Source of the DNA: a virus
Length of the DNA stretch: 64,000 bases
Direction: 5' to 3' (one strand)
Virus record (IMG/VR): IMGVR_UViG_3300035181_001055
Span: 62,754 to 126,753 of that record
Under the pieces are notes generated by a model. It worked only from the letters and a program-made list of their open reading frames with translations, had not been told where the DNA came from and ran no database searches. The position numbers were made by a program, and so were the translations under genes. The first letter of the stretch is position 1. Each line of letters opens with the position of its first letter. Shown one piece after another: positions 19,486 to 28,205 of this stretch.

Positions 19486-20958
19486 ATGAAAGAGTTTTAT
19501 ACATTTGTTGATCAACAAGGTTCAAGAATGTTTCATCGGTACTGGGGCAGCGATGAAAGAAAGATTGAAGTTATTGAGGGGTTTCCTATCGAGCTATTTA
19601 TTGAAGGTAAACGCAGAGATTCTAAAGGATTGCACGGTGAAAGTTTAAGCAGAATTGAGTTTAATAGTATTGATGATGCTATGGAATTCATTCGTGAATA
19701 TAAAGACATTTCTCCCATTCACGGTCAAACAAGTCTCCCTCACCAATTTATCGCACATCGATACCCTAGTGAAATCGAATTTGATATTAGCAAGTTCGTC
19801 ATTGCTAACATTGACATCGAAACCAAGTTTGATAATGGATTCCCGTCGCCTGATCGCGCTGACCAGGAAATCACTGCCATCACATTGAAGCGTTTCGGAG
19901 AAGACAAGTTTGTGAGCTGGGGGATCAAGCCGTATAAGGTTAAAAATGATAGCGACGAGTACGTGTTGTGTGAAAATGAGAGCGATCTATTGGTCAAATT
20001 TATCAATTACTGGAATCGTCTAAAGCCAGACATCATTACTGGCTGGAACGTTCAGGGGTTTGACGTTCCTTATCTTGTGAATCGAATTACTAATGTTCTA
20101 GGGGAAAATGTTGCTGCTAAACTATCTCCTTTTCATCCTTATACGTCTCGCGTCTTCAATGAAATTGAAATTCAAGGTGAGCAAAAGAGCTATCGCATTC
20201 TTGGCATAACAGTTTACGATTATTTGGAGCTATACAAGAAATTCAGCCCGAGAAAACTTGAGCGATATTCTCTTGATTTTGTCGCCCATGTCGAGCTAGG
20301 TGAACGCAAAATCAATTACTCCGAGTACGGCAATCTGATGGATCTTTATGAAACGAATTATGATTTGTTTATGGATTATAACATCCATGACGTTCGTCTC
20401 GTGGAGAATATTGACAAGAAATTGAATTTCATGTTCTCTGCTTTAACAATGGCTTATATGGGCCATGTTCGTTTGCATGAGATTTTTTCACAAGTTCGTC
20501 TATGGGATACAATGCTCTATAATGAGCTGAGAGCTGAAGGTGTTCAAATCCCGCCTCAAGTTCGCCGAGGCAATGTTGATGGAATCGAAGGCGCATTTGT
20601 TAAAGACCCGATCCCTGGTCTTTATAAATGGGTTGTTTCGTTTGATTTGACGTCTCTGTATCCTTCAATTATCATGCAGTACAATCTATCCGCTGAAACT
20701 GCAGTTGAGCCTGCGGTGGGAAACTTGGTTAGCAAAATGGTTGATATGTCTTATGAAACATCCCGTTTGAAGGATGAAAATCTTACAATGACTGCTAATG
20801 GAGCGACTTTCACGCGAGATTTCAAAGGCGTTATGCCTCGATTGGTTGAAAAGATGTTTAGCGGACGGAAAAAATATAAGAATATGATGCTCGAGACAAG
20901 AAAAGATCTCGAGAGCATTAAAGCTGAGTTGAGCAAGAGAGGTATTAAGTATGATTGA
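19486..20958 (+). CDS. gp43A: DNA polymerase B, N-terminal subunit (exonuclease, palm motif A, first fingers helix)
   Basis: DIET, TGWNVQGFDVPY, DYNIHD and SFDLTSLYPS motifs; ends in the fingers. Confidence 0.93.
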   Translation: MKEFYTFVDQQGSRMFHRYWGSDERKIEVIEGFPIELFIEGKRRDSKGLHGESLSRIEFNSIDDAMEFIREYKDISPIHGQTSLPHQFIAHRYPSEIEFDISKFVIANIDIETKFDNGFPSPDRADQEITAITLKRFGEDKFVSWGIKPYKVKNDSDEYVLCENESDLLVKFINYWNRLKPDIITGWNVQGFDVPYLVNRITNVLGENVAAKLSPFHPYTSRVFNEIEIQGEQKSYRILGITVYDYLELYKKFSPRKLERYSLDFVAHVELGERKINYSEYGNLMDLYETNYDLFMDYNIHDVRLVENIDKKLNFMFSALTMAYMGHVRLHEIFSQVRLWDTMLYNELRAEGVQIPPQVRRGNVDGIEGAFVKDPIPGLYKWVVSFDLTSLYPSIIMQYNLSAETAVEPAVGNLVSKMVDMSYETSRLKDENLTMTANGATFTRDFKGVMPRLVEKMFSGRKKYKNMMLETRKDLESIKAELSKRGIKYD

Positions 20959-22219
20959 AATTAGTAAAATGACTGACGACGAGCTGCTTTCTTTGTATAA
21001 AGAAAAGAAAAATAAAGAAGCATCGTATGAAGCAATGCAATTGGCATTGAAAATTGCACTGAACTCTCTGTATGGCGCGCAAGCGAATCAGCATTTTCGA
21101 TATTACTCAACTGATATTGCTGAAGGTATTACATTAACGGGTCAATTGACGATCCAATATATTTCAAATGCTATCAATGAGTTTATGAACTCTAAGCTAG
21201 GAACTGTTGGAGTTGATTATGTGATCGCGAATGACACCGACTCGGCATACATTCGCCTCGACGAGCTGGTTGAAAGAATCGTTCCTAAAGATACGCCGAC
21301 ACAGAAAGTGGTTGATTTTATTGACAAGTTTGCATCAGTTGCTCTTGAGCCAATGCTTTCGAAGAAATTTTCTGAGTTGGCAGACTACGTCAATGCTCTA
21401 GAAAATAAGATGCACATGAAGCGAGAAGCAATTGCGGATCGCGGAATCTGGCGTGCAAAAAAGAACTATATTCTACAGGTTTATGACAATGAAGGTATTA
21501 GATACAATGAGCCTAAATTAAAGACAGTTGGAATTGAAACAGCGAGGTCTAGTACACCTGAAATAGTTCGTAATGCTTTGGAAAAATCTCTAACAATTCT
21601 TTTGAATGGAACTGAAGAAGAGATTCAGAAATTTGTGAAAGAGTTCAAAGAGGTTTTCATGAATTCGTCTATCGAGGAGATCGCTTTCCCTCGAGGCGTT
21701 AGTGATATTGACAAGTGGGTTGATCTTAGTGGGCGTGAAAAGTGGAAAACAGGCGCTCCTATTCATGTGAAAGCATCGATTGTTTATAATGACAAGCTTC
21801 GCACATCTGGTCTGCATAAGAGATATCCGCTCATCAAAAATGGGGATAAGATAAAATTTGTTTATCTCAAGACGCCGAATCCTGTCAGAAACAATGCCAT
21901 TGCTTTTACTGATTTTTTGCCTCCTGAGTTTCAGCTTGATAGTTATGTTGATCGTGAACTTCAATTCGAAAAGACTTTTCTAGAGCCGCTCAGAAGTTTC
22001 ACTGAAATCATGGGGTGGCATACCGAGAAGATCAATACAATAACTGGGTTTTTCGGAGACGATGCGGCGCCAAGCAAGGTGCGAGTCAGCGCTGTGACGA
22101 TGAGCGAATCATTCAAGCAACCCTCAAAAAATAGGTTGACAGCCGACCAAGAATGCCTTAAAATAAAGGCAAAATCGAGATCGCGACGCTCAGCGGCTAC
22201 GCTTGATGGGTTTTTCTGA
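20951..22219 (+). CDS. gp43B: DNA polymerase B, C-terminal subunit
   Basis: KIALNSLYG (motif B), NDTDS (motif C) and KKNY; ATG overlaps the gp43A end by 8 nt. Confidence 0.93.
   Translation: MIEISKMTDDELLSLYKEKKNKEASYEAMQLALKIALNSLYGAQANQHFRYYSTDIAEGITLTGQLTIQYISNAINEFMNSKLGTVGVDYVIANDTDSAYIRLDELVERIVPKDTPTQKVVDFIDKFASVALEPMLSKKFSELADYVNALENKMHMKREAIADRGIWRAKKNYILQVYDNEGIRYNEPKLKTVGIETARSSTPEIVRNALEKSLTILLNGTEEEIQKFVKEFKEVFMNSSIEEIAFPRGVSDIDKWVDLSGREKWKTGAPIHVKASIVYNDKLRTSGLHKRYPLIKNGDKIKFVYLKTPNPVRNNAIAFTDFLPPEFQLDSYVDRELQFEKTFLEPLRSFTEIMGWHTEKINTITGFFGDDAAPSKVRVSAVTMSESFKQPSKNRLTADQECLKIKAKSRSRRSAATLDGFF
22136..22164 (+). promoter_or_regulatory. sigma70 promoter inside the gp43B 3' end, reading into uvsX
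   Basis: TTGACA-17 nt-TAAAAT. Confidence 0.75.
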
Positions 22220-22227
22220 AGAAAGGA

Positions 22228-23316
22228 TTGAGGATGTCATCAATCAATGAATTTTTGAAACTGACTGGAAACGAATTTGCGAGTGTTGCTGAAGATGGAG
22301 TAACTGCTGGAGACGTATCAGGATGGGTTGATAGCGGCAGTTACGCATTTAATGCTTTGCTCAGTGGAGACATCTACAAAGGATTTCCAGGCAATAAGAT
22401 TGTGATTCTCAGTGGCGAGCCGAGCGTAGGAAAATCGTATTTTGCTCTTGCAGCAGCAAAGAACTTTTTGGAACAGAATAAAGATGGCATTGTCATCATG
22501 TTTGAAACAGAGAGCGCTCTGACGAAAGATATGTTGATTGAGCGCGGAATTGATGTTAAGCGATTCGGCGTTGTTCCGATAGCAACAGTTCAACAGTTCA
22601 AAACGCAAGCGCTTCGAGTTGTTGATAATTATGAGAAACAACCTAAAAATGAGCGTCAACCGCTTCTTTTCATTCTTGATTCTCTCGGAATGCTATCAAC
22701 CGATAAGGAAATGGTTGATAGCGTAGAAGGAAAAGATACTAGAGATATGACGCGAGCTCAGATGATTAAGGCTGCATTTCGCGTTCTTACTTTGAAGTTG
22801 GGACGCGCAGGAATTCCGATGCTCGTGACAAATCATGTTTACGAAGATGTAGGCGGTGGTCCTTATGCGTCCAAGAAGCAGGCTGGCGGGAGCGGAGCTG
22901 TATATGCGTCTAGCACTATTCTAACGTTGTCTAAAGCTAAAGAAAGGGATGCGTCCACGAATGAAGTTACGGGAGTGATTATTACAGCGACAGCTACTAA
23001 GAGTCGTTTCACGAAAGAAAATAGCAAGGTCAAGTGTTTGATTCGTTTCGACGGTGGGCTAGACCGCTATTTCGGTATGCTGGAATTGGCTGAAGAAGCC
23101 GGAGTATTCAAAAAGGTGAGCACGCGATATGAGTTAGAAGACGGCACTAAATTGTTTGGCAAGAATATTATGGAGAGCCCTGAGAAATATTTTACCACTG
23201 ACGTTCTTGAAAGGATTAATGAATATGTCAAGCGAAAATTCTGTTACGGAAATGGATCCGACCAAGCATTTGTTGATGAATCTTTTGAAGGAGAAAAAGA
23301 TACGAGTAACATTTAA
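22228..23316 (+). CDS. uvsX: UvsX/RecA-like recombinase
   Basis: GEPSVGKS, FILDSLG and TNHVY motifs. Confidence 0.95.
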   Translation: MRMSSINEFLKLTGNEFASVAEDGVTAGDVSGWVDSGSYAFNALLSGDIYKGFPGNKIVILSGEPSVGKSYFALAAAKNFLEQNKDGIVIMFETESALTKDMLIERGIDVKRFGVVPIATVQQFKTQALRVVDNYEKQPKNERQPLLFILDSLGMLSTDKEMVDSVEGKDTRDMTRAQMIKAAFRVLTLKLGRAGIPMLVTNHVYEDVGGGPYASKKQAGGSGAVYASSTILTLSKAKERDASTNEVTGVIITATATKSRFTKENSKVKCLIRFDGGLDRYFGMLELAEEAGVFKKVSTRYELEDGTKLFGKNIMESPEKYFTTDVLERINEYVKRKFCYGNGSDQAFVDESFEGEKDTSNI

Positions 23317-23503
23317 CAAATCAGATGGGTCCGAGCGAACTATGGTTTGTGTTCCATATGATGATGTTCCTCAAGACGAGAAAGCAAAGGATTCAAATCA
23401 GGAACGAAAAATCAACCCGACATTGGTCACTGTTTATGAGGAAGGCGTGGGATGGCGAAGCTTTCATTCGACAAAAGTTATTTCATATGAGGTGATTGAA
23501 TGA
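23276..23503 (+). CDS. Small WYL-like (SH3-fold) protein
   Basis: VTFNKSDGSERTM...GWRSF pattern; start chosen to minimise overlap with uvsX. Confidence 0.6.
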   Translation: MNLLKEKKIRVTFNKSDGSERTMVCVPYDDVPQDEKAKDSNQERKINPTLVTVYEEGVGWRSFHSTKVISYEVIE

Positions 23504-23847
23504 CGCAGAAAAAATTCATTATTCTTAAAGCTGAAACCTATGAAGAAGAGGGTGTGGAGAAGTTTCGTTTTGCTGCTTCTGTGAGCGATGACGATGATCT
23601 TTCGAATATAATTTTCTTCTTTGATGATTACACTCTTTATCAAGAAAATGGCGATTTGATAGCCCAGAGTCCTGTCCATTTTGCTGAACAGATTAATGGG
23701 GAGTTAGTTCCGATTAAAGAAGATGATTCTAGGCATGACATTCTGCGAGATGTTAGCGCAAAAATTCTCGATCAGGCAACAAGTATGTGCATGCGAGAGT
23801 TTGAAAAATCTGTTGAGAAAGCTGAATCGTTTATCGGCACAAGATAA
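23500..23847 (+). CDS. Hypothetical acidic protein
   Basis: ORF translationally coupled to the upstream gene. Confidence 0.65.
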   Translation: MTQKKFIILKAETYEEEGVEKFRFAASVSDDDDLSNIIFFFDDYTLYQENGDLIAQSPVHFAEQINGELVPIKEDDSRHDILRDVSAKILDQATSMCMREFEKSVEKAESFIGTR

Positions 23848-23899
23848 TTCATTAAATAGGTGTTGTAGCGTTTAATCCTGAGTAAGGAAAGGAGAAGAA

Positions 23900-24571
23900 A
23901 TGAGTTTTCAGAAAACAAAAATTGACGAGAAACTCGGAAAGCGTGTCAATGATTATCTTACTAGCATGGGCGTTCAAACCCCTATGCGAGAAAATGAATT
24001 GACTAACCAACAAAAGATCGACATCATTGAGAAAAAGATGATTGAAGTGTTGGAAGTGTTGGGGCTTGATTTGAAAGACGACAGTCTCGCAGAAACGCCT
24101 AAGCGAGTTGCAAAAATGTTTGTCAATGAGCTCTATTGGGGTCTTGATCCTGATAAGTTCCCTAAGTGCACCACCGTTGAAAATCGAATGGGATATGATG
24201 AAATGGTGGTTGAGAAAAACATTACTGTTATGTCAGATTGCGAACATCATCTTCGCCCGATTGTTGGTGTCGCCCATGTTGCTTACATTCCTAAAGGCAA
24301 GGTTCTCGGTTTATCGAAGATGAATCGAATTGTTGAGTATTTCGCTCGCCGTCCTCAAATCCAGGAGCGTCTCGCAGAGCAAATCTATCACGCTCTCGTT
24401 TATATTCTCGGCACTGAAGATGTTGCGGTAGTTATTGATGCTGAGCATTTCTGTGTTAAGCAGCGAGGCGTTGAAGACCAGAATAGCAATACTGTCACGA
24501 GTAAACTAGGCGGCGAATTCAAGAAAGATCCTTCTGTCCGTGCAGAATTCATGAGTATCATTCGCTCTTGA
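23900..24571 (+). CDS. folE: GTP cyclohydrolase I
   Basis: [23 protein letters not shown] and HFCVKQRG motifs. Confidence 0.96.
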   Translation: MSFQKTKIDEKLGKRVNDYLTSMGVQTPMRENELTNQQKIDIIEKKMIEVLEVLGLDLKDDSLAETPKRVAKMFVNELYWGLDPDKFPKCTTVENRMGYDEMVVEKNITVMSDCEHHLRPIVGVAHVAYIPKGKVLGLSKMNRIVEYFARRPQIQERLAEQIYHALVYILGTEDVAVVIDAEHFCVKQRGVEDQNSNTVTSKLGGEFKKDPSVRAEFMSIIRS

Positions 24572-24572
24572 G

Positions 24573-25310
24573 GTGATTATGAAAGATGTGTTTCTGAATG
24601 AGTTTCCGCTCGCGAAAAAAGCGGTTGTGGTGATGAGTGGCGGTATGGATAGCGCCATTGCAGCTCGACTTTCTGTTGAGAAACTAGGATCCGAAAATGT
24701 TCATGCTCTGAGTTTCTACTACGGTCAGAAACAGAGCATTGAGCTGGACATGGCGAAGATCAATGCAGAGAAATTGAAACTCGCCAAGCATACTTTAGTT
24801 GACATCACATTTCTTGGCGATATGGTTCGAGGTGTTAGCGCTAATATTTCGGGCGGCAAAGAAATGCCTACGATCCGCGATATCCTAGGCGATCCTCAGC
24901 CTGTTACCTACGTCCCGAATCGAAATGCAATTTTGCTGATGATTGCATCGAGTTATGCTGAAGCTAATGGCATTGATCTTGTTGTTACAGGACTACAAGC
25001 GCAAGATGAGTATTCTTATTGGGATACTACTCCGTCTTTTGTGAAGGCTGTCAATGATGTTTTGTCTCTGAACCGCCAGAATAAGATTCGGGTTCATGCG
25101 CCGTTCATGGGGAAGAACAAATCTCAAGAAATCGCTGCGCTTCTTGGAATGGATGGCAATATTGAGTTGCTGAAAACAACGATTACATGCTATAATCCTA
25201 CAGAAGACGTTAGCTGCGGGAAATGCCCGAGCTGCGCCGAGCGAATCGCAAACTTCAAGAAAGCGGGATTGGTTGATCCAATCAAGTACGCAATTGACAT
25301 TAAGTGGTAA
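24573..25310 (+). CDS. queC: 7-cyano-7-deazaguanine synthase
   Basis: SGGMDS PP-loop, YGQK, YVPNRN and CY...CGKCPSC motifs. Confidence 0.95.
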   Translation: MIMKDVFLNEFPLAKKAVVVMSGGMDSAIAARLSVEKLGSENVHALSFYYGQKQSIELDMAKINAEKLKLAKHTLVDITFLGDMVRGVSANISGGKEMPTIRDILGDPQPVTYVPNRNAILLMIASSYAEANGIDLVVTGLQAQDEYSYWDTTPSFVKAVNDVLSLNRQNKIRVHAPFMGKNKSQEIAALLGMDGNIELLKTTITCYNPTEDVSCGKCPSCAERIANFKKAGLVDPIKYAIDIKW

Positions 25311-25316
25311 TGTGAT

Positions 25317-25931
25317 ATGTGTGGTATTTTTTGCAGCTTTGATAGCAGGAAAGCGAGAGAGCTTCTTGCGCTAAATAGTTATAGAGGCTCTCATAGCTAT
25401 AGCTTCACTCTTGTCGGTAGTGACCCGATTCGAGGATTGGGTGAATTTGAAGCATCGTTGCTAGACAAAGAAGGCTACAAAATTTGCCATGTCCAAGCGC
25501 CAACGACCGAAGCAAGAGGATATGACACAATTCACCCTGCAGAGTTCAATGGTATGAGACTTTGGCATAATGGTATTGTGAAAGATTTCGATGTCAAGCG
25601 TCTTCAACAGAAGCATGGTGTTAACACTCCTTGGGATACTATGCTCATTCTTCTCGAACTTTCGTCTGCAAATTGGGAAGAGAATTTGAGTGAAATAAAC
25701 GGCAGTTTCGCTTGTATTCTTCAAGAGAATGATATAGTCTATGCTTTTAGGAATGAAATTTCTCCTCTGTTTTATGACGATGATTTGAATATAAGCAGCG
25801 TTATTTTTGAGGATTCACGACCGCTTCCACCCAATCGAATGTTCGTCCTTGATTTGGAAAGACGAAAAATTGAAGACATCGGGTGTAGCTTCAAAACGAA
25901 AGAAAATCCTTACTATTTCGGAGATGAATGA
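25317..25931 (+). CDS. Stand-alone class II (Ntn) glutamine amidotransferase
   Basis: N-terminal nucleophile MCGIF, RG, HP, WHNG, DT, NGSFA and R...SPLFY motifs. Confidence 0.88.
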   Translation: MCGIFCSFDSRKARELLALNSYRGSHSYSFTLVGSDPIRGLGEFEASLLDKEGYKICHVQAPTTEARGYDTIHPAEFNGMRLWHNGIVKDFDVKRLQQKHGVNTPWDTMLILLELSSANWEENLSEINGSFACILQENDIVYAFRNEISPLFYDDDLNISSVIFEDSRPLPPNRMFVLDLERRKIEDIGCSFKTKENPYYFGDE

Positions 25932-26851
25932 TGGAACATAAAGATATGAACGAAATTGCTGCTCGTTCTTTGGGTAGCAGCAACTCTTATGCCATCTACA
26001 CCGATAAATTTGATTCCAGTCTTTTGAATCCTATGCCAAGAGTTTTGGCTCGTCAAGGCTGGGGGATTTCGGGGAAAGAATTTGTTGGTGTAGATGTGTG
26101 GCACTGCCACGAAGCGACATTTCTTTTGAATAATGGGTGTCCTGTTGCGGGGACACTCAAATTCGTATATGATGCTGATACTGAGTTCATGGTTGAAAGT
26201 AAGAGTGCTAAACTCTATTTGAATTCATTTGATATGTGCAAAATGGGCGCTACTATGGCAGAAGCAATTGCTAATTATGAGTCCCAGGTTTCAAGTGATC
26301 TTTCCAAGACAGTTGGTGGTCAAGTTAAAGCGAAATTTTTTAATAGCATTGATTATTGCAATAGCGAAATTGCTGCTCCTTTTGACATATACTATGATGA
26401 TTTGTTCAAATTGATTGGCGTTGAAAACATCGAAAAAATGGTTTTCGATGATTACTATGCGAAAGAAAATCATATTAGTGTAGTTGATGGCGAGCAAACG
26501 CTCAAAGTATTCACTAACGTTTTGCGATCGCGCTGCCGCCATACGAAGCAAAAAGATACTGGAACGGCTTTCATCTTTCGTAGAAGCGATCTAACGTCTA
26601 TTGAGCCTTCTAGTTTGCTTCGTCAGATTGTGAGTTTGCGAGAAGTGAATGAATTCCATGAATTTTGCGCTGAGAAAATCTTTGTCGAAATCATGAAAAA
26701 ATCTCACGAAAATGATGATGTTATGGCGGCGCTGCTATATTCTCGTCGAGGCAGTTTGGATATCAATCCTATTCGCGCGACTAGATTTGATTTGATTCCT
26801 CATGAGCTCTATAGCGTAGATTGCTTGACTGATAAAACACAAGGCCAGTGA
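25928..26851 (+). CDS. queF: QueF (bimodular preQ0 reductase type)
   Basis: QueF motif VESKSAKLYLNSF, LRSRC (catalytic Cys position), EFHEFC and RRGSLDINP. Confidence 0.88.
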   Translation: MMEHKDMNEIAARSLGSSNSYAIYTDKFDSSLLNPMPRVLARQGWGISGKEFVGVDVWHCHEATFLLNNGCPVAGTLKFVYDADTEFMVESKSAKLYLNSFDMCKMGATMAEAIANYESQVSSDLSKTVGGQVKAKFFNSIDYCNSEIAAPFDIYYDDLFKLIGVENIEKMVFDDYYAKENHISVVDGEQTLKVFTNVLRSRCRHTKQKDTGTAFIFRRSDLTSIEPSSLLRQIVSLREVNEFHEFCAEKIFVEIMKKSHENDDVMAALLYSRRGSLDINPIRATRFDLIPHELYSVDCLTDKTQGQ

Positions 26852-26858
26852 GGATTCT

Positions 26859-28169
26859 ATGGAATTTAGGTATGTTTTTAGTGCGCCAGCGATGCTTCGT
26901 TTGATGCCTAGTACATGGGGAGAAGAGAATCCTGATGAATATGCTAAGTATGTTTGCATGGTTAAGGATGGAATTTTTCGTCTTAGAAAAGATGCTGAAT
27001 CTAAAATTCCTGGGATGAAATTTGGAATCGATCTTCTTTTCAATGCTTATACTGAAAAAGAATTTGGCAAATGGCTCAGAAAAAATGATACTTTCGGGTT
27101 CGAGAATCTGTATGCTGATTCTGGCGGATTGCAAATTGTCACTGCTGGCAGAAAAGTTGACGATGCTCTGAAATCTGAAATCTATTCGATTCAGAGTCAA
27201 GCTGATTTTGCGATGTGTTTTGACGAAATTCCTGCTAGCACCGTAGGTGTTGCTGATTCTAAGAGTAATCGGTCTCAAACAGGGAATAAGTTGTATCACC
27301 CTACCCGCAAAAAAGAAACTGCAACTAAAACCGCTAATAATATTCGTGAGCAGATTGAAATTCTTGAAAAAATAGGAACTGAAACAAAGGTTCATTACAT
27401 TATTCAAGGCAATACTCACCAAGATATGTATGAGTGGTTTGATGATGGCACGAAAGTTTTAACTGATTCGCATTTCGAAAGGGTTGGCGGTCTTGCTTTG
27501 GCAGATACGTGCATGGGTAACGGTCCTTTGGAGTCTATTGAGATGCTTGTTGCATATCATAGACTCCATAAAGAATTTGGACATGAAAAAGTCAAGAATC
27601 ACATTCATTTGCTCGGATTGGGGAGTGTCAAACGACTATTGCCTGCTATCTATTTGATGAAAAGCGAATTCTTGCCTAAAAAATTGACAATTAGTTTTGA
27701 CAGCACTACATTTAGTATGAGCTATTTCATGGGTCGTTTTATTGACAGTCAAGGGAATAAAATTCAAGGAGACCCTCAAGAAATTCGTCGCATGTTTCAT
27801 ATGATATATCAATATTTCGGCGACATCTATCGAAAATATGTCCCTGACCTAGATGAAGATCATTTCATCGATCATGTTTCAAAGGAAATTAGGAGTGTCG
27901 CCGACACTCTAAATAATGCTCGTCCCGATATTCAAGCTCTTGTGAGAGCAAATATTACGCTCACTGATTGCTGGCAAATTCTTGGATTTATTGAGCAAGT
28001 CAAGAAAATAATTGAAATTGCAAAGCATGACAATTCGCCTCTTGGGATGCTCAAATATGTGAAAGATTTCGAAGATTATTTGCATTGGCAAAGAGAGTTC
28101 GGTCATTTTGTTCCTAGTAAGAGAATCAGACGCGAAAGCTGCGCTTGTCTTGACAATTTCTTCGTTTGA
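26859..28169 (+). CDS. dpdA: TGT-fold guanine transglycosylase, probable DpdA-like DNA base-exchange enzyme
   Basis: DSGGLQ (TGT DSGGFQ), AMCFDEIP, IIQG, HLLGLG and FDSTT motifs; embedded among que genes. Confidence 0.75.
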   Translation: MEFRYVFSAPAMLRLMPSTWGEENPDEYAKYVCMVKDGIFRLRKDAESKIPGMKFGIDLLFNAYTEKEFGKWLRKNDTFGFENLYADSGGLQIVTAGRKVDDALKSEIYSIQSQADFAMCFDEIPASTVGVADSKSNRSQTGNKLYHPTRKKETATKTANNIREQIEILEKIGTETKVHYIIQGNTHQDMYEWFDDGTKVLTDSHFERVGGLALADTCMGNGPLESIEMLVAYHRLHKEFGHEKVKNHIHLLGLGSVKRLLPAIYLMKSEFLPKKLTISFDSTTFSMSYFMGRFIDSQGNKIQGDPQEIRRMFHMIYQYFGDIYRKYVPDLDEDHFIDHVSKEIRSVADTLNNARPDIQALVRANITLTDCWQILGFIEQVKKIIEIAKHDNSPLGMLKYVKDFEDYLHWQREFGHFVPSKRIRRESCACLDNFFV

Positions 28170-28205
28170 TGCTAGAATTTTGTTTCATCTATAGGAATAA
28201 TCTCC

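Noticed and set aside
20951-20958. Programmed frameshift joining gp43A and gp43B
   Set aside because: gp43B has its own ATG with an upstream AGAGG, there is no obvious slippery heptamer, and the break matches the known split-gene position; not excluded experimentally
26781-27422. 213-aa minus-strand ORF in the que cluster as a possible queD
   Set aside because: Antisense to the TGT-like gene and lacks PTPS His/Cys motifs
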